From: an uncultured Alphaproteobacteria bacterium
GTDB taxonomy: Bacteria > Pseudomonadota > Alphaproteobacteria > Rs-D84
Reading direction: 5' to 3'
NCBI GenBank assembly: GCA_944389265.1
Contig: CALXLS010000005.1
Coordinates: 22,076-86,075, forward strand
DNA length: 64,000 nucleotides
Positions 29,271 to 38,672 of the stretch are shown here, one piece after another. A program made the position numbers and the translations under genes. The notes under the pieces were generated by a model. It ran no database searches and had not been told where the DNA came from. It saw only the letters and a program-made list of their open reading frames with translations. The stretch's first letter is position 1. Every line of letters begins with the position of its first letter.

Positions 29271-29300
29271 AAAAAAGCGGGATAAAATCCCGCTTTTTTA
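29271..29300. terminator. bidirectional terminator
   Basis: gcgggat-aaa-atcccgc flanked by A-run and T-run. Confidence 0.6.
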
Positions 29301-29756
29301 TTGTTCTATTTTACCAGTATATAATTCTTCACCAATATAAAATTTATAAGATTCTGGTATAAAGTGGAGTAGGGCAAAATTAGGGTCTGCGGCACTAGAA
29401 AAACCGAAATGAGCATATTTGTCTTGCCAATATTTATTTTTTTCATTTTGGTTGTCTATATTTTCCATTTTTCCGAATAGGCGTACCGCATATCTGGTCG
29501 TAGGGTTGAAATAATATAAGCAACAGCGATTGTTTTTTTCTAGTTGCTTAAATTTTGGTGAAGATTTCATGGTCAAGAAATGCAAGTCAATAGATTGTAT
29601 ATTCTGATTCATACCGTTCATAACATGACGTGTTTCTGGGTATTCGTCTAAACCAAAAGTACACAACTGTAAATCATCACAAGACTTTATAATATCGATA
29701 ATAGATTTAATTGTTTTGTCCATTTCCTTTGACCTCCATTTCATCAAGAATATCAT
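29298..29756 (-). CDS. hypothetical protein, possibly PNPOx-like FMN-binding split-barrel
   Basis: Weak pattern match only (CTFGLDEYPETRHV...YWQDKYAHFG). Confidence 0.3.
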   Translation of the reverse strand: MIFLMKWRSKEMDKTIKSIIDIIKSCDDLQLCTFGLDEYPETRHVMNGMNQNIQSIDLHFLTMKSSPKFKQLEKNNRCCLYYFNPTTRYAVRLFGKMENIDNQNEKNKYWQDKYAHFGFSSAADPNFALLHFIPESYKFYIGEELYTGKIEQ

Positions 29757-30183
29757 CCAACATACGTAAAGAACTGTTTTGACAACCGCGTCCCCGCCAA
29801 GACATTAATTCTTCGCCAGTTTGTTGGTCGGCGATAGACATATTAAAATTCCACCACCAGAAACCGTTAAAAGGACACCAGAACGGATTAAACTTTTCTC
29901 TGCGTTCACTTACTTTAACAATATAACGCGTGTCTTTGGGAATGGAAGAGGAATCTATTTCGATATTAATATCGTCTGTAATAAAATCTCTACTGGCTGT
30001 GGCTTTACCAACAAGTACTTTTAGCCCGCGCTTTTCCAAGTGTTCTTTAACGCTTCGTTGCATACCGTATCCACCGCGTGGTGCATAGAATGTCTGCGAT
30101 GTGTCAATAGAATCAGGTTTAACATATACGCTATTGCATGCAGATAAAGAAAATGAGATTAGTAAAAATATAAGTTTTTTCAT
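29707..30183 (-). CDS. lipoprotein, hypothetical
   Basis: Lipobox MKKLIFLLISFSLSAC. Confidence 0.45.
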   Translation of the reverse strand: MKKLIFLLISFSLSACNSVYVKPDSIDTSQTFYAPRGGYGMQRSVKEHLEKRGLKVLVGKATASRDFITDDINIEIDSSSIPKDTRYIVKVSERREKFNPFWCPFNGFWWWNFNMSIADQQTGEELMSWRGRGCQNSSLRMLDDILDEMEVKGNGQNN

Positions 30184-30287
30184 TTTATTCCTACTTTGTT
30201 ATACAAGAATTTTATACATCAAACATATATAAAAACAAGTTTATTTATATCTTGATAAACAGAATTTGTTCCTATAAAATCAGACTT

Positions 30288-30530
30288 GAACTTTGTGGGA
30301 ATAAAGTTCGGGGACGTAAGAATCCTTAATACACCACGGCACAGCATGTGTCGTAATCCACAGCATTGTGTATACGATACGCTGTGCCATATGTGTATAT
30401 TTCTCGGCTTTTAAAGGTCGGGAAGCTGTACGTCATAAAAAAGATTATATCGAAAGCGTACAGGGTCATATGGTGTATGATTTTCTTAACTTCCCGACCA
30501 CCTAGTTCAGGTGGTTTTTATTTTTCTGCA
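30288..30530 (+). ncRNA. candidate structured small RNA with own promoter and terminator
   Basis: Promoter-like TTGATA-17-TATAAA at 30251-30279. Nested inverted repeats ggcacagc/gctgtgcc, ggtcgggaag/cttcccgacc, ctgtacg/cgtacag. Terminal hairpin ccacct-agttc-aggtgg plus UUUUUAUUUUU. Confidence 0.35.
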
Positions 30531-30616
30531 TAGTTTTTGTTGTTTGGTTTTATGGGTAATGCTGGCGGAGTTTAACTGTTTAAACGGGACCATAAGTAAG
30601 TGGTAGAGGTTATAAA

Positions 30617-31510
30617 ATGATACCTAAAAGAATATTTTACGTCTGGGGTGCGGGTGAGAAAAAACCGCGTGATGTGCAAGTTTGTATTCAAACTTGGCGA
30701 CAGGTTATGCCTGATTATGAAATCATAGAGATAAACGAAGACAGTAAAGAATATTTTAATTTTCAAGAAAATCTTCAGAAAAGCAAATTTTTTAGGACTG
30801 TTTACAACAATAAAATGTGGGCATATGTTGCCGATTATATACGTATAAAAACTTTATATGAGCATGGTGGAATATATTTTGACACAGATGTTTCTGCAGT
30901 GAAGACATTAGATGCTTTTTTAAATGAACCCGCTTTTGTTGGTATGCAGAATACAGAATATGTAGAACCTGCGATTTTAGGGGCAGAACGACATAATCCT
31001 TTATTAAAAAAGATATTAGAATTTTATGAAAAGGAATTTTGGGAATTGCCTATATTTACTATGCCGCAAATATTTCAGTATTTTTTAGAAAAATGTTATT
31101 CAATAACAGGTTTCCCAGAAAAGGGAAATCAGAAAATAGTACACACAAATGATATAACTATTTATCCTGAGAGATATTTTATACCATTCCGCTATCAAAG
31201 TGAATTTACACCAGAATGTGTTGAAAAAGATACTTGTACGATACATTGGTTCGGTGGTTCATGGACAAGACCTTCTGTAATAAACTGGTTAATGAATAAA
31301 CATTTAGTTAAAAATTTAAAGTTTGACCCAAGTCAAGACATATTAAAAACCACAAGATTGTCCATAGGAAGAATAACTATTGTCAAAGTAATTTCTTATT
31401 CAAATCATCATACATCAGTTCGTTTCTTAAAAATAATACCTTTAATGAAACTAACTGATAAATATTTATATTTATTCAATATATTACCTATTTTGAAATT
31501 AAAAAAATAA
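30617..31510 (+). CDS. glycosyltransferase family 32-like (DXD sugar-binding region)
   Basis: YVADYIRIKTLYEHGGIYFDTDV motif. C-terminal IPLxKLK-type repeats. Confidence 0.6.
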   Translation: MIPKRIFYVWGAGEKKPRDVQVCIQTWRQVMPDYEIIEINEDSKEYFNFQENLQKSKFFRTVYNNKMWAYVADYIRIKTLYEHGGIYFDTDVSAVKTLDAFLNEPAFVGMQNTEYVEPAILGAERHNPLLKKILEFYEKEFWELPIFTMPQIFQYFLEKCYSITGFPEKGNQKIVHTNDITIYPERYFIPFRYQSEFTPECVEKDTCTIHWFGGSWTRPSVINWLMNKHLVKNLKFDPSQDILKTTRLSIGRITIVKVISYSNHHTSVRFLKIIPLMKLTDKYLYLFNILPILKLKK

Positions 31511-31523
31511 AGAGAGTGAAAAG

Positions 31524-33365
31524 ATGTCTAATAAGCCCAAAATTTCCGTATTAATGCCGGCATATAATTCCGAAGCATATATTGCAGAGGCCATAGACAG
31601 TATATTGAATCAAACGTTTTCTGACTTTGAATTTATCATTATAAATGACGGCAGCAAAGATGATACTAGTTCTATTGTGCGTAAATATAAAGATAAACGT
31701 ATAAAATTTATAGACAACAAAGAAAACAAGGGGTTGGTTGCAGTCTTAAATCAGGGATTGGATTTGTGCTCTGGTGAATACATAGCCAGAATGGATAGTG
31801 ATGATATATCTTTTCCCACAAGATTTGAAAAGCAAATACAATACATGGATTCGCATCCAGATGTGGGGATTTTAGGCACTGCAGGCCAAAATTTTGGTGC
31901 GAACAACGATGTGTGTTATTCGCCTGAAATAGTTGATTCTGTAGAATTGTTAAAGAATGTTGGTTTTTATCACCCTAGTGTAATGATGAGGAAGTCCGTT
32001 TTAGACAAGTATAATTTACGTTATGATCCTAATTATTATTTAGTTGAAGATCACGATTTATGGGCCAGGGCATTAAAAGTTACAAAACTAAGAAATTTAC
32101 CAGAAGGTTTAATAAAATATCGTGTTCATTCATCTAGTGTTTCTGTTTCTAATTCTGTGATACAAGAAAACAACAAAGGTATTGTTCGGCAGAATATTTT
32201 AGATTTTATTACACAAGATGTAAGCATAAGAAAATTGTTATTAAGTGCCGCAGGTGTTCCTTATTATAAAGCACCAAATAAAACATTTAAATTATTTGGG
32301 ATAATCCCTTTGTTTTCTATTAAGTATAAATCGTTAAGTAATATAAATGTATGGTTGTTTAATATAATACCTTTGGTAAAAATAAAATATGGCAAGGTAA
32401 AATTATTTCATATAATCCCTGTCGGAAAACTAAAAGAAGAAAAAAGAAAAGTTTTATATGCGAATAAAATTACCCCGCTTGAAACAAATAACGAGAATTT
32501 ATTAAAAGAATTAAAGGCGTTACCTGAATTTACATATATTCCCAATTCTGGGAATATGGGCGATATGGTAATAGCAAAAGCAACTTTAGATTTCTTTAAT
32601 TCAAATAATATAAAATACCACATGTTTGACGGAAGTGCATCAGATGTTATTGTTTATGGTGGTGGCGGTCAGTGGACTGCAGACTACAAACAGCATTGGT
32701 TAAAGTGGTTGGATGTTTTTAAAAATGCAAGGAAAGTGATAATACTGCCCAGTTCGTTTAATAATTGTCCTGAATTATTGGATAGTTTTGATGAAAGATT
32801 TGTTGTTTTTTGCAGAGAGCCCAAAAGTTATGAATATGTAAAATCGGCAAAAACAAAAGCAAAAATAATATTAGATCATGATATGGCATTACGTTTAACA
32901 AATCATGCCTTGTCCGGATGCTTGAATATAAAAGATAGAGAAGATTTGAATTCAATAAACGCTATAAGAAGCGCGATAGAATTTCCTAGGTCTGTTGTAA
33001 AGTTTAATCGCAAAGATTGTGAATCTTTAGGTAATTGGGATACAGACTTAGATTTATCTGCAGTTAGATACGGTGATTCAAAGTCCTCGCCAGAGCATAT
33101 AGACTTTTGTACGAAGTTGATGTTTATGGCGGTTGATGGGGCAGATGCAATTATTACTGATAGATTGCATGTTGGTATCGTTGCTGCATTAGATGGGAAA
33201 GAGGTATATTTATTAGACAATACATACGGAAAATTGTCTAATGTATACAATCACTCATTAAAGGGTATGTTAAAGGTTCACTTTTGTGAAACTATGCCGG
33301 ATATAACAAAAATAAAACCAGAGAATACAGATAAGGGTAATTTTAAAATTTTAACGGATTTATAA
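31524..33365 (+). CDS. fusion protein: GT2 glycosyltransferase (N) + repeat linker + polysaccharide pyruvyl-transferase-like domain (C)
   Basis: ISVLMPAYNSEAYI...FEFIIINDGSKDDT (GT-A). Four copies of LFxIIPLxxIKYK linker motif. C-terminal NSGNMGDMVI motif of pyruvyl transferases. Confidence 0.55.
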   Translation: MSNKPKISVLMPAYNSEAYIAEAIDSILNQTFSDFEFIIINDGSKDDTSSIVRKYKDKRIKFIDNKENKGLVAVLNQGLDLCSGEYIARMDSDDISFPTRFEKQIQYMDSHPDVGILGTAGQNFGANNDVCYSPEIVDSVELLKNVGFYHPSVMMRKSVLDKYNLRYDPNYYLVEDHDLWARALKVTKLRNLPEGLIKYRVHSSSVSVSNSVIQENNKGIVRQNILDFITQDVSIRKLLLSAAGVPYYKAPNKTFKLFGIIPLFSIKYKSLSNINVWLFNIIPLVKIKYGKVKLFHIIPVGKLKEEKRKVLYANKITPLETNNENLLKELKALPEFTYIPNSGNMGDMVIAKATLDFFNSNNIKYHMFDGSASDVIVYGGGGQWTADYKQHWLKWLDVFKNARKVIILPSSFNNCPELLDSFDERFVVFCREPKSYEYVKSAKTKAKIILDHDMALRLTNHALSGCLNIKDREDLNSINAIRSAIEFPRSVVKFNRKDCESLGNWDTDLDLSAVRYGDSKSSPEHIDFCTKLMFMAVDGADAIITDRLHVGIVAALDGKEVYLLDNTYGKLSNVYNHSLKGMLKVHFCETMPDITKIKPENTDKGNFKILTDL

Positions 33366-33366
33366 A

Positions 33367-34530
33367 ATGGAACACGTTGTAAATATAAATACCTTTGAAG
33401 AAAATAAATGGATAACAAAAAGCGCGTCATTTTTATCTGATAGCGGGGGGAAGTTAAATTATTGGTTCAAGGTTCCTAGTGAATATAAAGACTGGTTAAC
33501 AGACAGGGCAGATCCTTTGATATACGCACTTATTTTTCCTATGATGCGAAAGGGTGGAATTTTTAAAATAGAAGGTGCAAAAGCCAGTAAATCAGTAATT
33601 GATAATCTTACCGTTTTTTCGCGCATTTGGAACAAATGGCGTCCAGAGGTTTATAAGAATATAAAAATACTAGCAGAAGAAATTTCGGACGATTACAGGC
33701 CTAATGATAATGAAACGATTATGTCTTTTTCTGGGGGGCTTGATGCATCTTATTCTTTATATAAGTACAAAACGGGAAGGGATGACAGGTTTAAATATAA
33801 TATAACGCATGCAGTAATGTTTTTGGGGGCGGATATCCCATTAAATGAACTCCAACAATATGACATAGCGTTTAATTCGGCAAAAATTATGACGGAAGAT
33901 GTTGGGGTAACATTAATTCCGATAAAGACAAATGTCAGAGAATTTGAGCATGATTGGTCGTTTGAGTTTATGCCTGCCATGGTAGGCGGGATGTGTTTAT
34001 TCAGTAAAAAATTTTCTAAGTGTATAATTGCTAATGGGGATAGTGCGCTTAGATATAATAAAATCGCGGGTTCACATATTGCCGTAGACCCATGGTTATC
34101 TAATGATACAATGAAGGTTATATCAGATGGTATAGAGCATGACCGTACACAAAGGGCGGAGTTTGTGAAAGATTGGGATGCGTGTTTAGAAAATTTACGT
34201 GTGTGTTGGCGTAATGAGGACAAATCTAAAAATTGCGGTAAATGTGAAAAGTGTATCAGAACTAAACTAAATTTTCTTGTAAATGGTTGTGCACATTTAC
34301 CAAGTATGCCGAGTGATTTAACATATGAGGAATTATCAAAATTAGAAATATTTAGTGATGTCCAATTATTTTATTTTAAAGAAATTTACAAATATGCAGA
34401 AGAAAACGGTTCTTTATCTAAGAAATATTTAAAATTATTAGGAAAGAAAATAAAAAACTGCGATAAAACTTTAAAAATGAAACATAAGCATCATTCTATA
34501 TGGTGGCATATTAAGAATATAAAATTTTAG
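33367..34530 (+). CDS. PP-loop ATPase family protein, possibly N-acetyl-sugar amidotransferase (WbuX/WbpG-like)
   Basis: SFSGGLDASYSL PP-loop motif. C-terminal CGKCEKC. Located in a glycan locus. Confidence 0.4.
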   Translation: MEHVVNINTFEENKWITKSASFLSDSGGKLNYWFKVPSEYKDWLTDRADPLIYALIFPMMRKGGIFKIEGAKASKSVIDNLTVFSRIWNKWRPEVYKNIKILAEEISDDYRPNDNETIMSFSGGLDASYSLYKYKTGRDDRFKYNITHAVMFLGADIPLNELQQYDIAFNSAKIMTEDVGVTLIPIKTNVREFEHDWSFEFMPAMVGGMCLFSKKFSKCIIANGDSALRYNKIAGSHIAVDPWLSNDTMKVISDGIEHDRTQRAEFVKDWDACLENLRVCWRNEDKSKNCGKCEKCIRTKLNFLVNGCAHLPSMPSDLTYEELSKLEIFSDVQLFYFKEIYKYAEENGSLSKKYLKLLGKKIKNCDKTLKMKHKHHSIWWHIKNIKF

Positions 34531-34560
34531 AACAACTGGGGACATAGCCCCAGTTGTTTA
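34531..34560. terminator. bidirectional hairpin
   Basis: aacaactgggg-acatag-ccccagttgtt. Confidence 0.5.
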
Positions 34561-35067
34561 TTCTGCGGCGAAACCGCATATATACCAATTAACTTCAGCA
34601 CTAATCCAGTCTCCGGAATTACCCTTCAAAGTTATTATAGAACAATCAGTTGTGTTTTTTGTTGTGTAATGACATCCATGTGGTGTTGTGCTGCTTGTAG
34701 CAGAAGGACTTTTTGATATAGCAACAAGTGTATATTGTGTGTTTTGCATTTCTATTGGGAATTCTGCTTTATATGTAGATGCTGCACTAGGTGTACCAAG
34801 ACCTCCTTGTTCTACCCAACCGCTTTTATATTTTCTATACCAGGTATAATTATTTACTGAAGTAGGTATTTGGTAATCAATTACATAATCTATTGTGGTT
34901 AAATCTGGTATCTCGCTTTTTTTGGCCAAAGATATACCGCCTGAGGTATGACCATCATGTACACGAATAGTGTTGTTTGTTGTATCCACTGTGATTTCGC
35001 CTGCGGCCCCGATGAAAGAAGAATGTTCTGTCGCTGTACCACGACGTAATTGTACTTGTTTAGACAT
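34558..35067 (-). CDS. phage tail-fibre-like protein (conserved N-terminal RRGT...GE...DT...IRVHDGxTxGG motif)
   Basis: N-terminal QLRRGTATEHSSFIGAAGEITVDTTNNTIRVHDGHTSGGI matches the motif of alphaproteobacterial phage tail-fibre/DUF2793-type proteins. Confidence 0.45.
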   Translation of the reverse strand: MSKQVQLRRGTATEHSSFIGAAGEITVDTTNNTIRVHDGHTSGGISLAKKSEIPDLTTIDYVIDYQIPTSVNNYTWYRKYKSGWVEQGGLGTPSAASTYKAEFPIEMQNTQYTLVAISKSPSATSSTTPHGCHYTTKNTTDCSIITLKGNSGDWISAEVNWYICGFAAE

Positions 35068-35094
35068 GTTTCCTCCGAAGTTAGTTAATTTTTA

Positions 35095-35126
35095 GAAAAA
35101 AAAAAGAACCGCAAAAACTGCGGTTA
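35095..35126 (-). terminator. terminator for tRNA-Arg
   Basis: aaccgcag-ctgcggtt hairpin, then a 12-U run on the minus strand. Confidence 0.6.
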
Positions 35127-35175
35127 TGTTATGTTTCATATTATATCACAAATAAAAGAATTTATCAAGTCAAAC

Positions 35176-35252
35176 TGGCGCACCCAGCAGGATTCGAACC
35201 TGCAACCTTGTCCTTCGGAGGGACACGCCATATCCAGTTAGGCCATGGGTGC
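35176..35252 (-). tRNA. tRNA-Arg (CCG)
   Basis: Hand-folded cloverleaf: acceptor GCACCCA/UGGGUGC, anticodon loop CUCCGAA, T-loop GGUUCGAAUCC, encoded CCA. Confidence 0.85.
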
Positions 35253-35304
35253 TGCAAATAATATTATTAAGCAATCCCATATGAAAAGCAAGAATAACAA
35301 AATT

Positions 35305-36117
35305 TTACTTACTATGTCCAGAATGTGCTTGTTTCCATAACAGACGTTTGCCCACATTGTTTAAGTCGGCCATAAAACGTACCCGTTTGTGGTCAAGCGA
35401 TTGATTGGTCGTTTTTTCATATAAATCAATCAATTCTGTGATATCAAAACCTAATTGTTGATATTTTGTAGCCATAGCCCCGAAAGCATAACTTTTGTCT
35501 GCAATTGCGATTTCATCTAAATCTAAAAGCGACAAAAAATTTCCGTTGTTATCAAGAATAATGTTTTTTGGTGTTATGCCACAATGGTATAAACCGTGTT
35601 GTTCTTTAGAAGTTGTATTCATCAGTCTGACTGCGCCACTAAAAACAAGACCCAACATACGGTTGTTAACATCAGAAATATTTGTTTTTGCTACTTGATA
35701 AGTATGTTTATATTTTTTGCTAAAGACTATATTAGGGGTTATTTCAGACATTTTTGCAAATTGATTAAGCAGTTCTCTAAATACTGCTTTGATTTTTTCT
35801 TCTGACAACCCATAACCTATATGCTCGAATAAAGTTTTTCCAGGAATTATTTTGTATGCCTCAAAACATTGATTGTTATAAGAATATACTTTGATTTCTG
35901 GAACCTTTATACCTTTTTCATTAAATATACGGCTGACTTCCATGTTCTTTATTGCTAAATCGCGGTGGTTAAATTTACAAACATATTCACCGTCATTGGT
36001 ATTGGCAATAATTACACTGTTTAAAGCACCGCGCACATTTGGGAAACGAACGCCATATACCTCTGCGAAGGCCTTTTTAATTACAGGTAAATAATATTCA
36101 AATTGTAAATCTTTCAT
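35305..36117 (-). CDS. phosphotransferase/kinase-fold protein (APH/choline-kinase-like)
   Basis: HCGITPKNIILD...LLDLDEIAIAD corresponds to the HGDxxxxN...IDFE catalytic and DFG-like motifs. Confidence 0.5.
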   Translation of the reverse strand: MKDLQFEYYLPVIKKAFAEVYGVRFPNVRGALNSVIIANTNDGEYVCKFNHRDLAIKNMEVSRIFNEKGIKVPEIKVYSYNNQCFEAYKIIPGKTLFEHIGYGLSEEKIKAVFRELLNQFAKMSEITPNIVFSKKYKHTYQVAKTNISDVNNRMLGLVFSGAVRLMNTTSKEQHGLYHCGITPKNIILDNNGNFLSLLDLDEIAIADKSYAFGAMATKYQQLGFDITELIDLYEKTTNQSLDHKRVRFMADLNNVGKRLLWKQAHSGHSK

Positions 36118-36188
36118 AACTTTCTTCTTTAATTAGTTGTCAAATATATTTTAAGTCAACTTTTTTATTTGTCAAGAAGAAAGCATTT

Positions 36189-37260
36189 TTAATTTCTTTG
36201 TAATAGTGCCAGCATAAAATCGTCTAAATCACCATCAAGAACAGCGTTTGCGTCAGTCTTTTCAACGCCAGTACGGACATCTTTTACAAGTTGATAGGGG
36301 TAGAGCACATAGTTTCGTATTTGACTGCCCCATTCAATCTTTTTCTGTGCTGCAAGTGCTGCATTTTCTTCTTCCGCACGTTTTTGCAGTTCCAGTTCGT
36401 ATAACTTACTGCGCAGCATTTTCATAGCCATTTCTTTGTTTTGAATCTGGCTGCGTTCATTTTGGCAGGTTACCACAGTGTTAGTAGGCAAGTGAGTTAT
36501 ACGAACCGCACTGTCTGTTTTATTTACATGTTGACCACCTGCGCCAGAAGAACGATAAGTATCTATGCGTAAATCTTTTTCGTTTATTTCTATTTCAATT
36601 GAGTCATCTACGTCAGGCCAAACATCAACAGATGCGAAACTTGTTTGTCTTTTACCGTTTGCATTAAAAGGAGAGATTCTAACCAAACGGTGAACGCCTA
36701 TTTCGTTTTTTAACCAACCATAAGCACGATCTCCAGAAATTCTGTATGTTATGTTTTTTATGCCTGCAGTATCACCTTCATGTTCTTCGATTACTTCACA
36801 AGAAAAACCGTGTCTTTCAGCCCATCTTGCATACATTCTGGATAGCATTTGTGCCCAATCTTGCGCTTCTGTACCACCGGCGCCCGCCTGAATAAACAAA
36901 AACGCCCCATTATTATCAGCAGGGTCACTAAATAAAGTTATAAATTTTGCTTTATGAGCATCTTCGTTAAGTTTTTCTATGGCTTTTATAACGTCCGGGT
37001 CTTCTGGTGCTATTTCATATAATTCAGATAGATTTTTATATTCTGATTCTAGATTGCGCAATTCGTTTAAAGACTTTTCTAAATTAGACTTCTTTTGCAA
37101 TAATGCGCGTGCATTATCTGGATTATTCCATAAATCTGGATTGTTGGTTTGTTCTGTAAGAGAAATTATTTCTTTTTCAAGTTTTTCCGGGTCAAAGAAA
37201 CCCCCTGACGGCAGAAATGTCGTCTAAAATCTGTGTTAAAATTTCATTTATCATAATCAT
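36189..37260 (-). CDS. prfB: peptide chain release factor 2 with programmed +1 frameshift
   Basis: Minus strand reads ATG ATT ATG ... AGG GGG TTT CTT TGA C. This is the canonical internal SD + CUU UGA C shift site, at 37191-37197. Downstream frame carries the GGQ motif and the SPF tripeptide. Confidence 0.9.
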
Positions 37261-37377
37261 GGCAGATATGTTATCAATTTATCTTGTTAAATCAACTTTT
37301 TTGTAATCAAGATTTCAAATGAACGATTGCCTTTTTTTTTGCAATATGTTAAAATTTCGTTAACGAGAGGGATTTTT

Positions 37378-38625
37378 ATGAAAAAAGCATTATTAATAGG
37401 TGGGTTGTTTGCTACTGTTTTATGTGTATCAGACTGTCTTGCTGTATCTGCAGGAACTGTTGGTGCTTCTGATATTTCGCGTGGTGTATCCATAAATACT
37501 GTGACAACTACAACAGGTCGTGGTTATCAAGGATTAGCAAATGCATATAACCAAAATCAAAGAAATACTTATTATATGGTGACACAACCTGATGTTGATT
37601 CTGCTTGTCGTGAAAAGATTTATAATTGTTTGGCTGAATATTGCGGTGATGTGACTGTTGTTCCTGGGCAAAGAACTGGGCGCTGTCAATATGCAACCGA
37701 AAGCGAATTATATAATTATGCCTTATTGTGCTTGCAGAAAGACACATCTGTGTTATTACCACAATATAATACTAATACCAGAACAGGTACAGGTGGTTTG
37801 AATACTGCTGCTCGGTTATGCCCACCGTATGTACAACAAGAGGTTATGTCATATCTATCTATGGCTAACATGGCAGACCAATTATCAAAATCTCACTCTG
37901 ACTTATGCTTACAACGTCGTCAAGAATTAGAGGCCGCTATGGCATGTCATTCTGTTGCGTTAGCATACGGTAATGAAACAACAAGTATGTTGACTACACA
38001 ATTAACTGATGCTTGTGGTGCAGGGGTGCCAGGTGGTTCTGCTGAAATGGTGACTCGTTTTGCAAATGCAGGTAACGTTGGCGCAAACATTTGGGGTTGG
38101 GCCGAAAAGATTATCAATTTAGATTTAAATCAAAAGGGTGAAGATTGGCAGGCGGCAGTAGATGCAGTTTTGGCAAGTTATACAAATAGAATGAATCTGG
38201 CTTGTGGGGACGATTTACAGTTAAATACAGTTTCTCATGGTTCATCAAGTTCTTCATCGCAACCGACAACTTTGCAGACTGTTGCTGCATTGGCAACAGG
38301 AGTCGCTTTCCCTTCAGCTACACCAAATGTAGAAAACCCATATGAAAATTGGAGTGTTTATATGGAAGTTCAATCTATGTCGGATTTGAACGATTATAAT
38401 ACTGCATATCAAGTAATTCAGGCTGCACTATCTAATCCATCTACAACACAGAACGCGTTTTTAACCAGTGCACAGATGGACAATATGCAAACGGCATATA
38501 CGCGTGGTACGAAAGTATTTATTATTCGTGACAGTGCAAGATGCTTTATTATCCCTGTTGCAACGATGACATCACAAGAAACCTCGTTAGTTGCGCAAAG
38601 TTTTGCAAATTGTATCAGCAAATAA
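37378..38625 (+). CDS. secreted protein, hypothetical (signal peptide; Cys- and Thr/Gln-rich)
   Basis: MKKALLIGGLFATVLCVSDCLAVSA signal. SD gagagg. The track ORF starts earlier at 37327, but the start at 37378 has the RBS. Confidence 0.5.
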   Translation: MKKALLIGGLFATVLCVSDCLAVSAGTVGASDISRGVSINTVTTTTGRGYQGLANAYNQNQRNTYYMVTQPDVDSACREKIYNCLAEYCGDVTVVPGQRTGRCQYATESELYNYALLCLQKDTSVLLPQYNTNTRTGTGGLNTAARLCPPYVQQEVMSYLSMANMADQLSKSHSDLCLQRRQELEAAMACHSVALAYGNETTSMLTTQLTDACGAGVPGGSAEMVTRFANAGNVGANIWGWAEKIINLDLNQKGEDWQAAVDAVLASYTNRMNLACGDDLQLNTVSHGSSSSSSQPTTLQTVAALATGVAFPSATPNVENPYENWSVYMEVQSMSDLNDYNTAYQVIQAALSNPSTTQNAFLTSAQMDNMQTAYTRGTKVFIIRDSARCFIIPVATMTSQETSLVAQSFANCISK

Positions 38626-38646
38626 TTTAATAAACATCATAAACAA

Positions 38647-38672
38647 AAACGCCCAAAAGGGCGTTTTTTTAT
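38647..38672. terminator. bidirectional terminator
   Basis: aacgccc-aaaa-gggcgtt followed by a 7-T run. Confidence 0.65.
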
